From: Planctomycetota bacterium
GTDB taxonomy: Bacteria; Planctomycetota; SZUA-567; H5-PLA8
NCBI GenBank assembly: GCA_038227875.1
Contig: JBBRPR010000018.1
Location: 64,001 to 128,000, forward strand
Reading direction: 5' to 3'
Length of the DNA: 64,000 nt
This document shows, piece after piece, positions 1 to 11,519 of the stretch (positions are counted from its first letter, which is position 1; each line of letters begins with the position of its first letter). The position numbers and the translations under genes were made by a program. The notes under the pieces are model-generated. The model ran no database searches, was not told the origin of the DNA, and worked only from the letters and a program-made list of their open reading frames with translations.

Positions 1-2627
1 AGCGCGGAGTACTCCAGAAAATTGAAGCGTCTGACTTTGTACGGACAATTGTTGGAGCAGTAGCGCGTGCCAATGCAGCGGTTGTAGGTCATCTCGTTGA
101 GACCTTCGCCGCTGTGCGTTGTGGCTTGCACCGGGCAGACCAATTCGCACGGCGCGTTTTCGCAATGCATGCAGGGCACGGGCTGAACGCTGGCCTCGGG
201 ATTTTCGAGATCGCCGCTGAAATAGCGGTCGACACGGATCCAGTGCATCTCGCGGGAATTCAAGACCTGCTCTTTGCCGACGACGGGAATGTTGTTCTCG
301 GACTGGCAAGCGATCACGCACGCGCTGCAGCCGGTGCATGCGCCCGTATCGATCACCATACCCCAGGCGTGTCCTTCGTACTTTTTCTCGGGATAGAGCG
401 ATGTGGCGGGGGCTGCTTCCACGCGCTTGCGTAGAAATTCCGGATCTCTGGAGAACTCCTCGAGCGGCGCTTCCACTACGAGGTCGCGGCCTTCCATGGA
501 GAAATGTTCCTGCGTGCAGGCCAGCGGGTACGACGCGCCGGTCTTGCGCAGCTGCGCCCCAGCCGCCACATCCAACGCATTCGTCGTGCGAATGGAATAG
601 GCGTTGAATCCCGTTCCCAATCCCACCCGGCCCGCTTGGCTCTGTCCGTACCCCAGATGAAGCGTCAGTGCGTCCGCGGCATGTCCGGGAAGAATCCAGA
701 CCGCGCCGGTCACGCGCCGGGTGTTGCAGGTCACTTCCACGCTGTCGCCGTTGACTAGTCCGAGTTTCGCCGCCGTCGCGGGCGAAATCAGGACAGCATT
801 GTCCCAGGTCAGTTTCGTCAGCGGCTTGGGCAATTCCTGCAACCAGGCATTGTTGACAAAGCGCCCGTCCCAAACGGTGGGGTCCGGCAGAAAATTGATT
901 TCAAGCCCTGCTGGTTGCGTCGCCATCGTTTCGCCGTTAGCGAGCGGATTGCGCATCGTGGTCGCGATGACTTTTCGCTGCGTGGCCGGCACCACTCCGT
1001 CACTCAGCGCTTGCCGCCATGCGCGCTCGAAATCGGAGCCCAGTTGCGCACGCCATTGTTCGCGGACGAGTTCGTAACTGCTGACGGACCTTGCGCCATT
1101 CATCCATGCCAACAGTTCCAGCGTCGAGCGGCCACCATATAAGGGAAGAATCAGCGGCTGCTGAATCGTCACCGTGCCGTCAAACGCGCGCGTATCGCTC
1201 CACGTTTCCAATTCGTGAGACTGCGGAATATGCCAGTGGCTCAACGCGGCCGTGGCGTTGCGATACAGGCCCATGTGAATGCGCGTCGCTGCTTTCTGAA
1301 ATGCGGCCTCGAAATCCAGATCCGCCGGCGCGGTGTAGACCGGATCGCCGCCGATCACCAACAACGTCCCAACAGTTCCCGCATGCAGATCCGAAGCAAG
1401 CGCGCGGATCGAATCCGCATGCGAGACCGGCGCTTCTTCGATTGGCCCGATGCAATTCACCGTCGAGCCGACGTTGCCCAGCGCAGCATTCATGGCGTGC
1501 GCGAGGGCGTGAACGATTGGCGGCTGCGCTGCGCCGGCGAGTACCAGACAGCCTCCGCGGTGCTTTTGAAGATCGGCGACGATGGCATCCAGGTCATGGT
1601 CTGGAATGACGGCGTTGTTCTCGACGTGGTGTTCGCTGGCACCCGCGATGCGGAGCCGCGCAGCCAATTGCCATGCCAGTGTTTTGATCAGACTGGACCG
1701 CACTGGCCAGCGGTGATCGGCCACACTTCCCGTCAGCGAAAAGTTGCTCTCGAATGCGTACAGGCGATTCATGGTCGATCGACCGTCGCGCACGCGTCGT
1801 CGCGCACTGAAATCGCGGATGTAGCGCAGGTTTCCCGGAACGCTACTCAGGAAGTCGGCGTCGAGCGCCACGATCACGTCGGCGCGGTCGAAGTGATAAA
1901 GCGGCGTTGCATCCGCCCCAAATGCCAATTCAGCGCCCGCGCGCGCATTGTCGCGATTCACCGGTTCGTACTGATGCCATTTGGCGTCGGGATAGCGCGC
2001 GAGAAATGCGTTCAGTTGGGCCGCCAGGGTCGGCGACGTCACCGCTTCGGTCAGGATCCGGATCCCCTGGCCCCGCGCCGCAGTTGGATCGGCCAAGATC
2101 GCTTCCAACGATTCCAGAAAGCGACTCCACGTGCTGACCGCATTGCGATTGAGCACCGCTTGCGAACGTTCCGGATCGTAAAGCGAAAGTATCGCCGCCT
2201 GGCTGAAAATGTCCGTCGCGCCCAGACTTCCGGGATGGCTGGGATTGCCTTCGATCTTCGTCGGCCGCCCCATATTGCTTTCCACCATCACGCCCGTCGC
2301 GACACCGCCCAGCGTAATCGCGGTCGTGAAGTACTGTGGTTTGCCTTGCACCAGATCCGGCGGCGTCGCGACGTATGGCACAAGATGCTTCGCTGGTTCG
2401 CCGCAGCCGCTCAATCCGGCCAACGCCAGCGATGCGCCCATCACTTTCAAAAAACTCCGGCGACCGATCGAGTCCAGCACCGAGGCTTCGCGTGGGAATT
2501 CGCGCTGCAGCAGCGATTCGAATTCCGGCGTCTGCGCCAATTCGTCAAGGCTGCGCCAGTACTGCCGCCCCCGCAACGGCGCGAGGCGATGGCGAATGGC
2601 ATCAGGGCCGTCGTGCGTCAATGACAT
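1..2627 (-). CDS. actB: Alternative complex III subunit ActB (TAT-variant molybdopterin oxidoreductase-like domain plus 4Fe-4S domain); runs off the window at position 1
   Basis: Absent from the ORF track because its stop is outside the window. Manual translation from ATG 2627 gives MSLTHDG...QYWRSLDELA...GRRSFLKVMGASLALAGLSGC...GRPTKIEGNPSHP. The end near position 1 reads CPVQATTH...YNRCIGTRYCSNNCPYKVRRFNF. Directly downstream of a pentaheme cytochrome. Confidence 0.93.
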   Translation of the reverse strand, partial: MSLTHDGPDAIRHRLAPLRGRQYWRSLDELAQTPEFESLLQREFPREASVLDSIGRRSFLKVMGASLALAGLSGCGEPAKHLVPYVATPPDLVQGKPQYFTTAITLGGVATGVMVESNMGRPTKIEGNPSHPGSLGATDIFSQAAILSLYDPERSQAVLNRNAVSTWSRFLESLEAILADPTAARGQGIRILTEAVTSPTLAAQLNAFLARYPDAKWHQYEPVNRDNARAGAELAFGADATPLYHFDRADVIVALDADFLSSVPGNLRYIRDFSARRRVRDGRSTMNRLYAFESNFSLTGSVADHRWPVRSSLIKTLAWQLAARLRIAGASEHHVENNAVIPDHDLDAIVADLQKHRGGCLVLAGAAQPPIVHALAHAMNAALGNVGSTVNCIGPIEEAPVSHADSIRALASDLHAGTVGTLLVIGGDPVYTAPADLDFEAAFQKAATRIHMGLYRNATAALSHWHIPQSHELETWSDTRAFDGTVTIQQPLILPLYGGRSTLELLAWMNGARSVSSYELVREQWRAQLGSDFERAWRQALSDGVVPATQRKVIATTMRNPLANGETMATQPAGLEINFLPDPTVWDGRFVNNAWLQELPKPLTKLTWDNAVLISPATAAKLGLVNGDSVEVTCNTRRVTGAVWILPGHAADALTLHLGYGQSQAGRVGLGTGFNAYSIRTTNALDVAAGAQLRKTGASYPLACTQEHFSMEGRDLVVEAPLEEFSRDPEFLRKRVEAAPATSLYPEKKYEGHAWGMVIDTGACTGCSACVIACQSENNIPVVGKEQVLNSREMHWIRVDRYFSGDLENPEASVQPVPCMHCENAPCELVCPVQATTHSGEGLNEMTYNRCIGTRYCSNNCPYKVRRFNFLEYSA

Positions 2628-2651
2628 GAAGCGCCTCTGCGTGGATGATCG

Positions 2652-3308
2652 TCAGCGATGACACGTTGAACAATTCGTCATCAGGTTTCGATTCAACTGA
2701 TACTCGGTTCCCAATTGCTTACCGGCTGCCAGTTGATTGACGCCAGGTTCCCACGCCATGTTGAAAATCTCGGCTTTCGGCCGCAGCTGCCTTTCCGGAT
2801 CGCGGTGACACTCCAGGCACCACGACATGGTCGTGGGGTTGGCTTTCCAGGTCAGCGGCATTTGATCGACGCGCCCGTGGCATGAACTGCAGCCGACGCC
2901 CTTGTTGACATGAATGCTGTGGTTGAAATAGACGTAGTTGGGCAAGTCGTACACGCGCTGCCAGTCGAGCCCCGTATGGGTGGCGAAGCTGGTTCGCACG
3001 GGTTCGAGCATGGGACTTTCCCGCCAGATCTGCGAATGGCAGGTCATGCACGTTTCCGTCGATGGCATGCCCGCAAACGCTGATTGCTCAACCGTTGAAT
3101 GGCAAAATCGGCAGTCCAATCCAAGCCCTGCCGCGTGATGCTTGTGACTGAAGGGCACGCGCTGCCCGATGGGCTGCAGTTCGTGAGTCGCGTACGTCGA
3201 TCCCACGACAAAATACGCTGCGCTTGCCACCAGTGTGATCAGGGCAACACCCGCCAAAATGGTAAAGCGCGCCAAAGTATTAGCACTTCGATGAAAAACC
3301 TGTGCCAT
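2652..3308 (-). CDS. actA: Pentaheme cytochrome c3-family protein, alternative complex III subunit ActA
   Basis: Five CxxCH motifs (CRFCH, CMTCH, CSSCH, CLECH, CSTCH), an N-terminal TM helix, and PFSHKHH and VYFNHSIH motifs. Start taken at MAQVF. Confidence 0.93.
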   Translation of the reverse strand: MAQVFHRSANTLARFTILAGVALITLVASAAYFVVGSTYATHELQPIGQRVPFSHKHHAAGLGLDCRFCHSTVEQSAFAGMPSTETCMTCHSQIWRESPMLEPVRTSFATHTGLDWQRVYDLPNYVYFNHSIHVNKGVGCSSCHGRVDQMPLTWKANPTTMSWCLECHRDPERQLRPKAEIFNMAWEPGVNQLAAGKQLGTEYQLNRNLMTNCSTCHR

Positions 3309-3668
3309 TGGCCTATCGCGCAAAGAAGTTTGGAAGCAAAATTCCCACATCCGGGCGAGGTATATCAAAGCATGTGCCGGAATAACGCCGCGATGGGTTC
3401 GTCTCGATGTATTTATTTCATGTCACCATTTTTAATGATATTGCGGTCCGCAAACGGCTGAAAATCCTCCAAGCGTTGGATGAAATTCATCTAAACGAAA
3501 TTAGCTGCGGCGCATTGCTTCGTTGCAGAAATCAAATCGGAATGTTGATCGCTTGCTCCGTTTCAATAATCAAACGAAGTGAGGTCGCATTTATGCCGTT
3601 GCGCCCAAGCGAATGCTTGGCCGCACGTTTGCACAGGCACACACGGCTCAGGGAGGAATGATGGCGAA

Positions 3669-4739
3669 ATGGAAAAGTCGAATTCGGATCTTGAGCACGA
3701 GCAATCGCGACGCACGTTTTTGAAAATATTGGCCGCATCCGGCGCGGTGAGTACGGTCCTGACGACCCTGGGTTGCGGTGCCGCTGTCAGTCCGCCGACC
3801 GCAGCAACAACGGGCGGTGATACAGATTTTCCCAGCGGACCGATCCCTCAGCGGCCGTTGGGAAAGACGGGCGTCAAGGTGTCGATGGTCGGATTGGGCG
3901 GATTCCATATCGGATCGCAGTCCGATGAAAAGGAAAGCATTCAGATCATTCGGGCCGCCATCGATCACGGCATCAACTTCATGGACAACTGCTGGGACTA
4001 CAACAAAGGGCGGAGCGAGATTCGAATGGGCAAGGCGCTGCGCGACGGGTATCGCGACAAAGTTTTTTTAATGACCAAGATAGACGGGCGCACCCGACAA
4101 ACGGCCGAAGCGCAGTTGGCCGAATCCCTCCAGCGTCTGCAAACCGACCATCTGGACCTGCTGCAATTTCATGAAGTCATTCGCGATACCGATCCGGATC
4201 GCATCTTCGCGCCCGGCGGGGCGATGGAAGTTGTTCTGGAAGCGCGAAAGCAGGGCAAGATCCGCTTTATCGGCTTCACTGGCCACAAGAGCCCTTCCAT
4301 ACATCTGAAAATGTTGAAAGTCGCCGACGAACACAATTTCCGCTTCGATACGGTGCAGATGCCCTTGAACGTGATGGATGCCCAACACGACAGCTTTGAA
4401 AAGAATGTCTTGCCCGTGCTCGTTGAAAAGGAAATCGGCGTGTTGGGCATGAAATCGATGGGCGACGGCTTCATTCTGAAAAGCAAAACCGTCGAACCCA
4501 TGGACTGCCTGCATTACGCCATGAATCTGCCGACCAGCGTGGTGATTACCGGCTGCGATTCGATCCCGATTCTCAAGCAGGCGCTCACGGCGGCTCAATC
4601 GTTTAAGCCGCTTACGCCCGACGACGTGAAAACACTCCTGGCGAAAGCCAATCCTGCCTCCAAAGAAGGCGAATACGAAAAGTACAAAACATCCGATCAC
4701 TTCGATTCCACCAGCAAGAATCCGGAATGGCTGGGGTAG
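3669..4739 (+). CDS. Aldo/keto reductase with twin-arginine and lipoprotein-like N-terminus
   Basis: RPLGKTGVKVS.VGLGG, GINFMDNCWDY, SLQRLQTDHLDLLQFH and GKIRFIGFTGH motifs. N-terminal SRRTFLK...TLGC. Confidence 0.9.
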   Translation: MEKSNSDLEHEQSRRTFLKILAASGAVSTVLTTLGCGAAVSPPTAATTGGDTDFPSGPIPQRPLGKTGVKVSMVGLGGFHIGSQSDEKESIQIIRAAIDHGINFMDNCWDYNKGRSEIRMGKALRDGYRDKVFLMTKIDGRTRQTAEAQLAESLQRLQTDHLDLLQFHEVIRDTDPDRIFAPGGAMEVVLEARKQGKIRFIGFTGHKSPSIHLKMLKVADEHNFRFDTVQMPLNVMDAQHDSFEKNVLPVLVEKEIGVLGMKSMGDGFILKSKTVEPMDCLHYAMNLPTSVVITGCDSIPILKQALTAAQSFKPLTPDDVKTLLAKANPASKEGEYEKYKTSDHFDSTSKNPEWLG

Positions 4740-4770
4740 CTGCCATTCCGACTCTGGCTATCAGGTGCGG

Positions 4771-5514
4771 CTATGCGTTTGTCTGCTGATTTAGGGAAGT
4801 CTGTCCGCTTTTGTCCGCTGTTTCGGGGATGGCGGGGACGGCCGGTGTCCGGGCTTGTCCGCTAATGTCCGCTTTCGCCTTCTCCGGCCGGGGGTAGCGG
4901 AAAGGCTGGACGGGGAGCACCGTCGGGGCTGTCCGGAAATGTCCGCTTTTGTCCGCTCGCTTGGCGGCAAGTTCGGCTTTGGCGGCCTTCTCGGCGGCGA
5001 CTTCGGCGTAGATTTTGTTCTCGGCGATTTTCTTCTGCGCTTCCATCATGTTGAGCATGGTATCAACCCGGTGCGAGGCGTTGATGAGTTTCGTGTGCTC
5101 TTCCCGGTCGCGGTTGGCTTTCTCGATACGCTCAGCTTTCTTGTCGTTGTGAACGAATTCGCGCCAGGCCTGGGCTTCCGCTGCGCGGCGTTCGAGGCGC
5201 TCTTCCTGCTGCAGGAGTTTGAGCGTCTGGATCACAAGGTAATCGGAGGCGTTGGGGTCTTCCAGAATGGCGCGGATGCGGTTGCGGCCCAGTTTTCGTA
5301 ACTCGCGGTTTTCGCGGGCGATCTCGGCGGCTTCGTCCTGCTGAAGTTTGCGGGCCAGCGCGTGGTGCTTGTTGAGTTCGGCGACGAACTTATCTTCCTC
5401 AGCCCAGCGGCGGACGGTGCGCGGGTTGACGTTCAGTTCCTGGGCGACTTCGTGCTGCTTCTTGCCGGCGACGAACAGATCGATCGCCTTTTCGTGGAGC
5501 GGTTCGAGATTCAT
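4771..5514 (-). CDS. Helix-turn-helix protein (phBC6A51/terminase-small-like HTH at the N-terminus, coiled coil, repeat-derived tail)
   Basis: KQHEVAQELNVNPRTVRRW...FVAEL HTH followed by a charged helical region. Alternative GTG start at 5523. Confidence 0.7.
   Translation of the reverse strand: MNLEPLHEKAIDLFVAGKKQHEVAQELNVNPRTVRRWAEEDKFVAELNKHHALARKLQQDEAAEIARENRELRKLGRNRIRAILEDPNASDYLVIQTLKLLQQEERLERRAAEAQAWREFVHNDKKAERIEKANRDREEHTKLINASHRVDTMLNMMEAQKKIAENKIYAEVAAEKAAKAELAAKRADKSGHFRTAPTVLPVQPFRYPRPEKAKADISGQARTPAVPAIPETADKSGQTSLNQQTNA
4802..4955. repeat. 10-bp-phased TGTCCG direct repeats, 8 copies in 3 clusters
   Basis: TGTCCG starts at 4802, 4812; 4846, 4856, 4866; 4930, 4940, 4950. 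Confidence 0.9.
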
Positions 5515-5930
5515 AACGTTCACTTTCTACCCACGGAGGCACGTGGCGCCGATCGACAAGCTCACGGCCTGCGGAGGCGCTTCGTTTGTGGCTCTGGTTG
5601 TGTGGGTGATGAAAGTAGGGCGAGCGCCGGACCGCGTTTCAGCGATAAGGACGGACGTTCGCAGGTGACTGGAATATATCCAATCCGAGGTGCGGGTGTC
5701 AAGCGGTGGCGTTTCAATTTTGAATATTTAAATTTGAATTGATTCGATCCGGTTCGAGTGCATGACTTGAAGTCATTTTACAGGTATTTGTTTCATTTAT
5801 TTCTCTGTAATTTGTTACGGCTTGCTCTACTTTATTGTTTCTGGATACGCAGGCTGCTGTCGTGCGCCGGTTCGCGCGGCTCACGTCGCATCGTACACAC
5901 CGCTTCTTCTCTAATCATGGATGAACGACT

Positions 5931-8135
5931 ATGAACCGCAGTTCCATCAGGCCAAATTTCCTTGTTGTAGTATGCACCATTGTCGCGACGACGACGTGTG
6001 GAGTGGCGTCCGCAGCGGATACTCCGGTCAAAGTCCGGCTCCTTCATCCGCTCGGCAACATGCCGCCGCAGGGTGAAGTCGAAGTCGCGGCGGTGACGCC
6101 GGAGATGTCCCTGGTCCTGAAGTACAAGGGCACGGTCATCAATGCCGAGTCAATGGACTTTCAGGATTTTGTGAACTGCGCAGAAGCGTACGGTGAAGCG
6201 AAAGCCGATCCGGCGATCTTCTACGGATTCGCCACCTACTTTGCGCCCATGCGGCCGGATGTGGCGCGCACGTTTGCCGCGCACGGGTTGAAGCTCGACA
6301 AGTCCTTTAAAGGTGACTTCGCCAAAAAGATCGATGAACTCTGCGACGTGGTCACGCCGGCGCGGCGGAAGCTGTTGGGCACGGCGTTTTTCGCAGCGGA
6401 AGACGAGCCGAAAACGGGACCCCGCGCGCATCTGCTGGAACTGGCGCGCGCCAAGACGCTCAATAAGGCCGAATTGAAAAAGGCGTATCTGGATCTGCAG
6501 GAAGCGCGCGTGCTCTCGGAAGAAAAGCTGCCGCTGCTGGCCAGTTACCGCAAGCAATTGACGGCGGTCGAACGCGCCGCGCTGGCGGGCGGGAACGTGA
6601 ATGGCGAGAAGGCGTTCGAGAAATTGAGCGAGAGCGATGCGACAGAATTAAAGGCGTGGTTCGCGGCCAGCCCGACGTTCCGCGAAACATTTTTGATGGC
6701 GCTGGAGCCGGGCGTCGATTTCTATCAGAACGCGGCGCGGGTGGCGTTGAAGATCCGCGCGGCCAATCCCAAGGACGTCGCGGCATTCGAACCGCTGGTC
6801 GTGGCGTTTGCGACGACGTGGGACAATCCGAAGAAACTCCAGGCTTATGACGTGGGCATTCCCGAACTGCGCGAGAAGCCCGCGGCCACGTGCGAACCGG
6901 AAGAGGCGTTCGCGTGGTACGTGAAAAATCAGGCGAAGCTCTGCCCCTGGTTTTCCAAGACGCCGTGGCGCTTGCTGGCGTACACGGCCGCGGACAACGC
7001 CGCGATCGCCGAGCGCGATTGGGTACTGCAGACGTATAAATTCAATACCACGCTGGGCCGCGTCTACGCGGAGATTCAATACGACAACAGCAAACTGCAG
7101 GACAACATTGGGAAACTGGGCGGGCATCCGTACACGCTGGCAAATTTGAAAACTTTCGGCGGCGTCTGCCGCGATCAGGCTTTCTATGCGCGCTCTGTCT
7201 GCCGTTACTTTGGGCTGCCGGCGTACTGGGCCAGCGGCATGGGCAAGTCCGGCGGCGCGGGGCACGCGTGGGTGGGCTGGGTCATCCAGGCGCCCGGTGG
7301 CGGCTATCAGATCACCGACTACGGCCGCTACGCCGACGATAAATTCTACACCGCAACCGTGACGCATCCGCGCACCGGCGAAGTGATGCTCGACTATATC
7401 TTGAGCCTGGAAGCGCGCGGCCTTTCGGACGAGAAAGGCTACAACGAGGCCGATCTGCTCTTCCGCGTGTTTCAGGACGCGGGCAGTTTCATGGAACCCA
7501 AGCCGCGCTACGAGATGTTGATCGACGCGGTGCGCGCCAACGCATACCACCGCGATGCGTGGCTGGCGCTGGCGGAAGGCACGGCGATCGGCGCAATTCC
7601 GCAGAACACCGCCTCCGCACAGTGGGAGTACCTCACCACACGCTTCAAGGAGTATCCGGATTTCACGCTCGAAGTACTCGGCAAGTTCGCGCGCATGTTC
7701 AAGGACGTGGAGCCGGGCTACAACCTGTTCGAATCCACGGCAAAGATGTATCTGACCGTGAAGCGCGAAGACCTGACGGCGCGACTGCGCCTGGAACAGA
7801 TTGAAATGTGCGTCAACGCCAACCGCAAGGACATCGCCTTCACCACGGCGATGAAGGGCGCGCTGGAATGCGCTGGAACCGGCGCGCCGGGCGTGGACCT
7901 GGCGAAAAAGACGTTCGCGCTGGCCGCCGACGCAACGCAGAAAAAGCAGTCGCTGGACGAAGTGAAACAGATTCTCTCGCACATGTCCAAGAAACGGATC
8001 GACGAACCCAACGAGAACTGGGTGGATCTGGCGCAGTTCCTGCGCGACACGTACAAGACGCAGGGCGACGAGGCGAGCGCGACGCGGCTGGATGCGGAGA
8101 TCACCGCGGTCGTCTCGGGTCCGCGGTCGCGCTGA
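5931..8135 (+). CDS. Exported protein with a transglutaminase-like (Cys-His) core and helical flanks
   Basis: Signal peptide ending ASA-AD. GGVCRDQAFYARSVCRYFGLPA and GHAWVGW match the transglutaminase-like C...H pattern. Confidence 0.65.
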   Translation: MNRSSIRPNFLVVVCTIVATTTCGVASAADTPVKVRLLHPLGNMPPQGEVEVAAVTPEMSLVLKYKGTVINAESMDFQDFVNCAEAYGEAKADPAIFYGFATYFAPMRPDVARTFAAHGLKLDKSFKGDFAKKIDELCDVVTPARRKLLGTAFFAAEDEPKTGPRAHLLELARAKTLNKAELKKAYLDLQEARVLSEEKLPLLASYRKQLTAVERAALAGGNVNGEKAFEKLSESDATELKAWFAASPTFRETFLMALEPGVDFYQNAARVALKIRAANPKDVAAFEPLVVAFATTWDNPKKLQAYDVGIPELREKPAATCEPEEAFAWYVKNQAKLCPWFSKTPWRLLAYTAADNAAIAERDWVLQTYKFNTTLGRVYAEIQYDNSKLQDNIGKLGGHPYTLANLKTFGGVCRDQAFYARSVCRYFGLPAYWASGMGKSGGAGHAWVGWVIQAPGGGYQITDYGRYADDKFYTATVTHPRTGEVMLDYILSLEARGLSDEKGYNEADLLFRVFQDAGSFMEPKPRYEMLIDAVRANAYHRDAWLALAEGTAIGAIPQNTASAQWEYLTTRFKEYPDFTLEVLGKFARMFKDVEPGYNLFESTAKMYLTVKREDLTARLRLEQIEMCVNANRKDIAFTTAMKGALECAGTGAPGVDLAKKTFALAADATQKKQSLDEVKQILSHMSKKRIDEPNENWVDLAQFLRDTYKTQGDEASATRLDAEITAVVSGPRSR

Positions 8136-8156
8136 GCGGCGCGCGCTTATGCGCGA

Positions 8157-8184
8157 GGGGTCAGGGGTCAGGGGTCAGGGGTCA
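8157..8184 (+). repeat. (GGGGTCA)4 heptamer tandem repeat
   Basis: Four exact copies starting 22 bp after the stop at 8135. Confidence 0.95.
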
Positions 8185-8277
8185 GAGGTGGGTGCGCGAT
8201 CGGAGTTGATAGCGCGGTTTGCGCGGTGGGGGCGAGTAGGCAGAAGGCGGAAGGCAGCAAACAGCGGAACAAATAGA

Positions 8278-8889
8278 TTAGTCGTCGATATTCAGGCGAT
8301 CCCAGTCGTGATTGTAGATCGTTCGTCTCGGGTCGCTGAGTTTCGTCCAGGTTTTGTCGCGATGCTGGATCGACATTAATGCGGTGGCAGGGTCGTTTCC
8401 CAGGTCGCGGGCGTAGAGTGTTCCGCCGGAATCCAGCAGAATCGCGCGGGTTTTTCCCTGTTCGTAAACGGCGGGATAAGCGATGACGGCATAGTCGGCC
8501 GGCTTGTCGCCAACGACTACGAGCTTGAAGAAATAGCCGCGATACGATTTGGGCGAGGCGTCATTGGCGTCGGCAGCCGCAAGTTCAATGGGAAGTCTGC
8601 GCTTTTCGTCATCGGCGTCGTCGGCGTCGCGAAGCGACTTCAGCGCTCTGCCGTAATGCATGCGATTGTTCAAATTCCAGTAGCGGATCTGGGCGTCCCA
8701 AATTTTAAGCAGAGCCTCGCGGATGGGCAGGTCTTGGGGAAATTCGTCAACAGGCGGCGGATTGCGAAGTGGTGGCGGATCATCCCGGATTGGCGGAGGC
8801 GGCGGAGCATCCCGGCGTGGCGGTACATCGGCCGAATATGCAACCACGGTGGTCAGAGCAAGACTCATAAAAGCCGCAAAACTATGCAT
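8278..8889 (-). CDS. Exported DUF2950-like protein with proline-rich linker
   Basis: Signal peptide and Pro-rich stretch. YRGYFFKL...YAVIAYPAVY...GTLYARDLG resembles the DUF2950 C-terminal pattern. Confidence 0.6.
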   Translation of the reverse strand: MHSFAAFMSLALTTVVAYSADVPPRRDAPPPPPIRDDPPPLRNPPPVDEFPQDLPIREALLKIWDAQIRYWNLNNRMHYGRALKSLRDADDADDEKRRLPIELAAADANDASPKSYRGYFFKLVVVGDKPADYAVIAYPAVYEQGKTRAILLDSGGTLYARDLGNDPATALMSIQHRDKTWTKLSDPRRTIYNHDWDRLNIDD

Positions 8890-9155
8890 AATGAACTCCG
8901 AGAAAATACGCGTGTATTAGAAGGGAGCGGAGTCGGTAGTTCAATAGATTTCCGCAGAACTACTCATTGGATTCCCCTACATTTGCACGAAGTTCCTGGA
9001 ACGAATGGTCGCCTGCACTTTTTTAGTGAAATTCATGGCCCTGAATCGTGACGCGCGCGTTTCACGGCTATCCCTTGACACGGCGCAAGAACTCCCGAAA
9101 CTACGTGCAGCGTGATTTGTCGTTACGGCAGGATTACCACGGAGTGCATCTCATC

Positions 9156-11291
<2,136 letters not shown>

Positions 11292-11307
11292 GGGCCTTGC
11301 GGCCCCA

Positions 11308-11342
11308 GGGGTCAGGGGCCAGGGGCCAGGGGTCAGGGGTCA
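11308..11342 (+). repeat. (GGGGYCA)5 heptamer tandem repeat
   Basis: GGGGTCA GGGGCCA GGGGCCA GGGGTCA GGGGTCA, just after the stop at 11291. Confidence 0.95.
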
Positions 11343-11519
11343 GAACGGCAACGGCAGAACGGAAGAGCAGCGGTAGCGAGAGACTGGTGCCACTGGCACG
11401 GACGAATCAGAGCGTAGCGAAGATTCGGCCTTGCCAGTGCGATTGCAGTGGAATCAAGTTCAGGTCAAAGCATACACCCAAGGTTGAAGAGTTCCTCAGT
11501 CCTTCCGTTTGGGGTTCCC

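Noticed and set aside
1215..2624. 469-aa plus-strand ORF and other plus-strand ORFs in 114-2661
   Set aside because: Antisense shadows of actB, which has clear motifs on the minus strand.
5740..5765. GGTTCGA, resembling a tRNA T-loop
   Set aside because: The flanks do not pair into a T-stem and no cloverleaf can be built.
8157..8184. Short repeats as a CRISPR array
   Set aside because: Tandem heptamers without unique spacers, and no cas genes in the window.
11393..11450. TGGCAC and nearby TTGC as a sigma54 promoter for the kinase
   Set aside because: Spacing does not fit GG-N10-GC. The same applies to GCAAGTGCCA at about 30809 and TGGCAC at about 44357.
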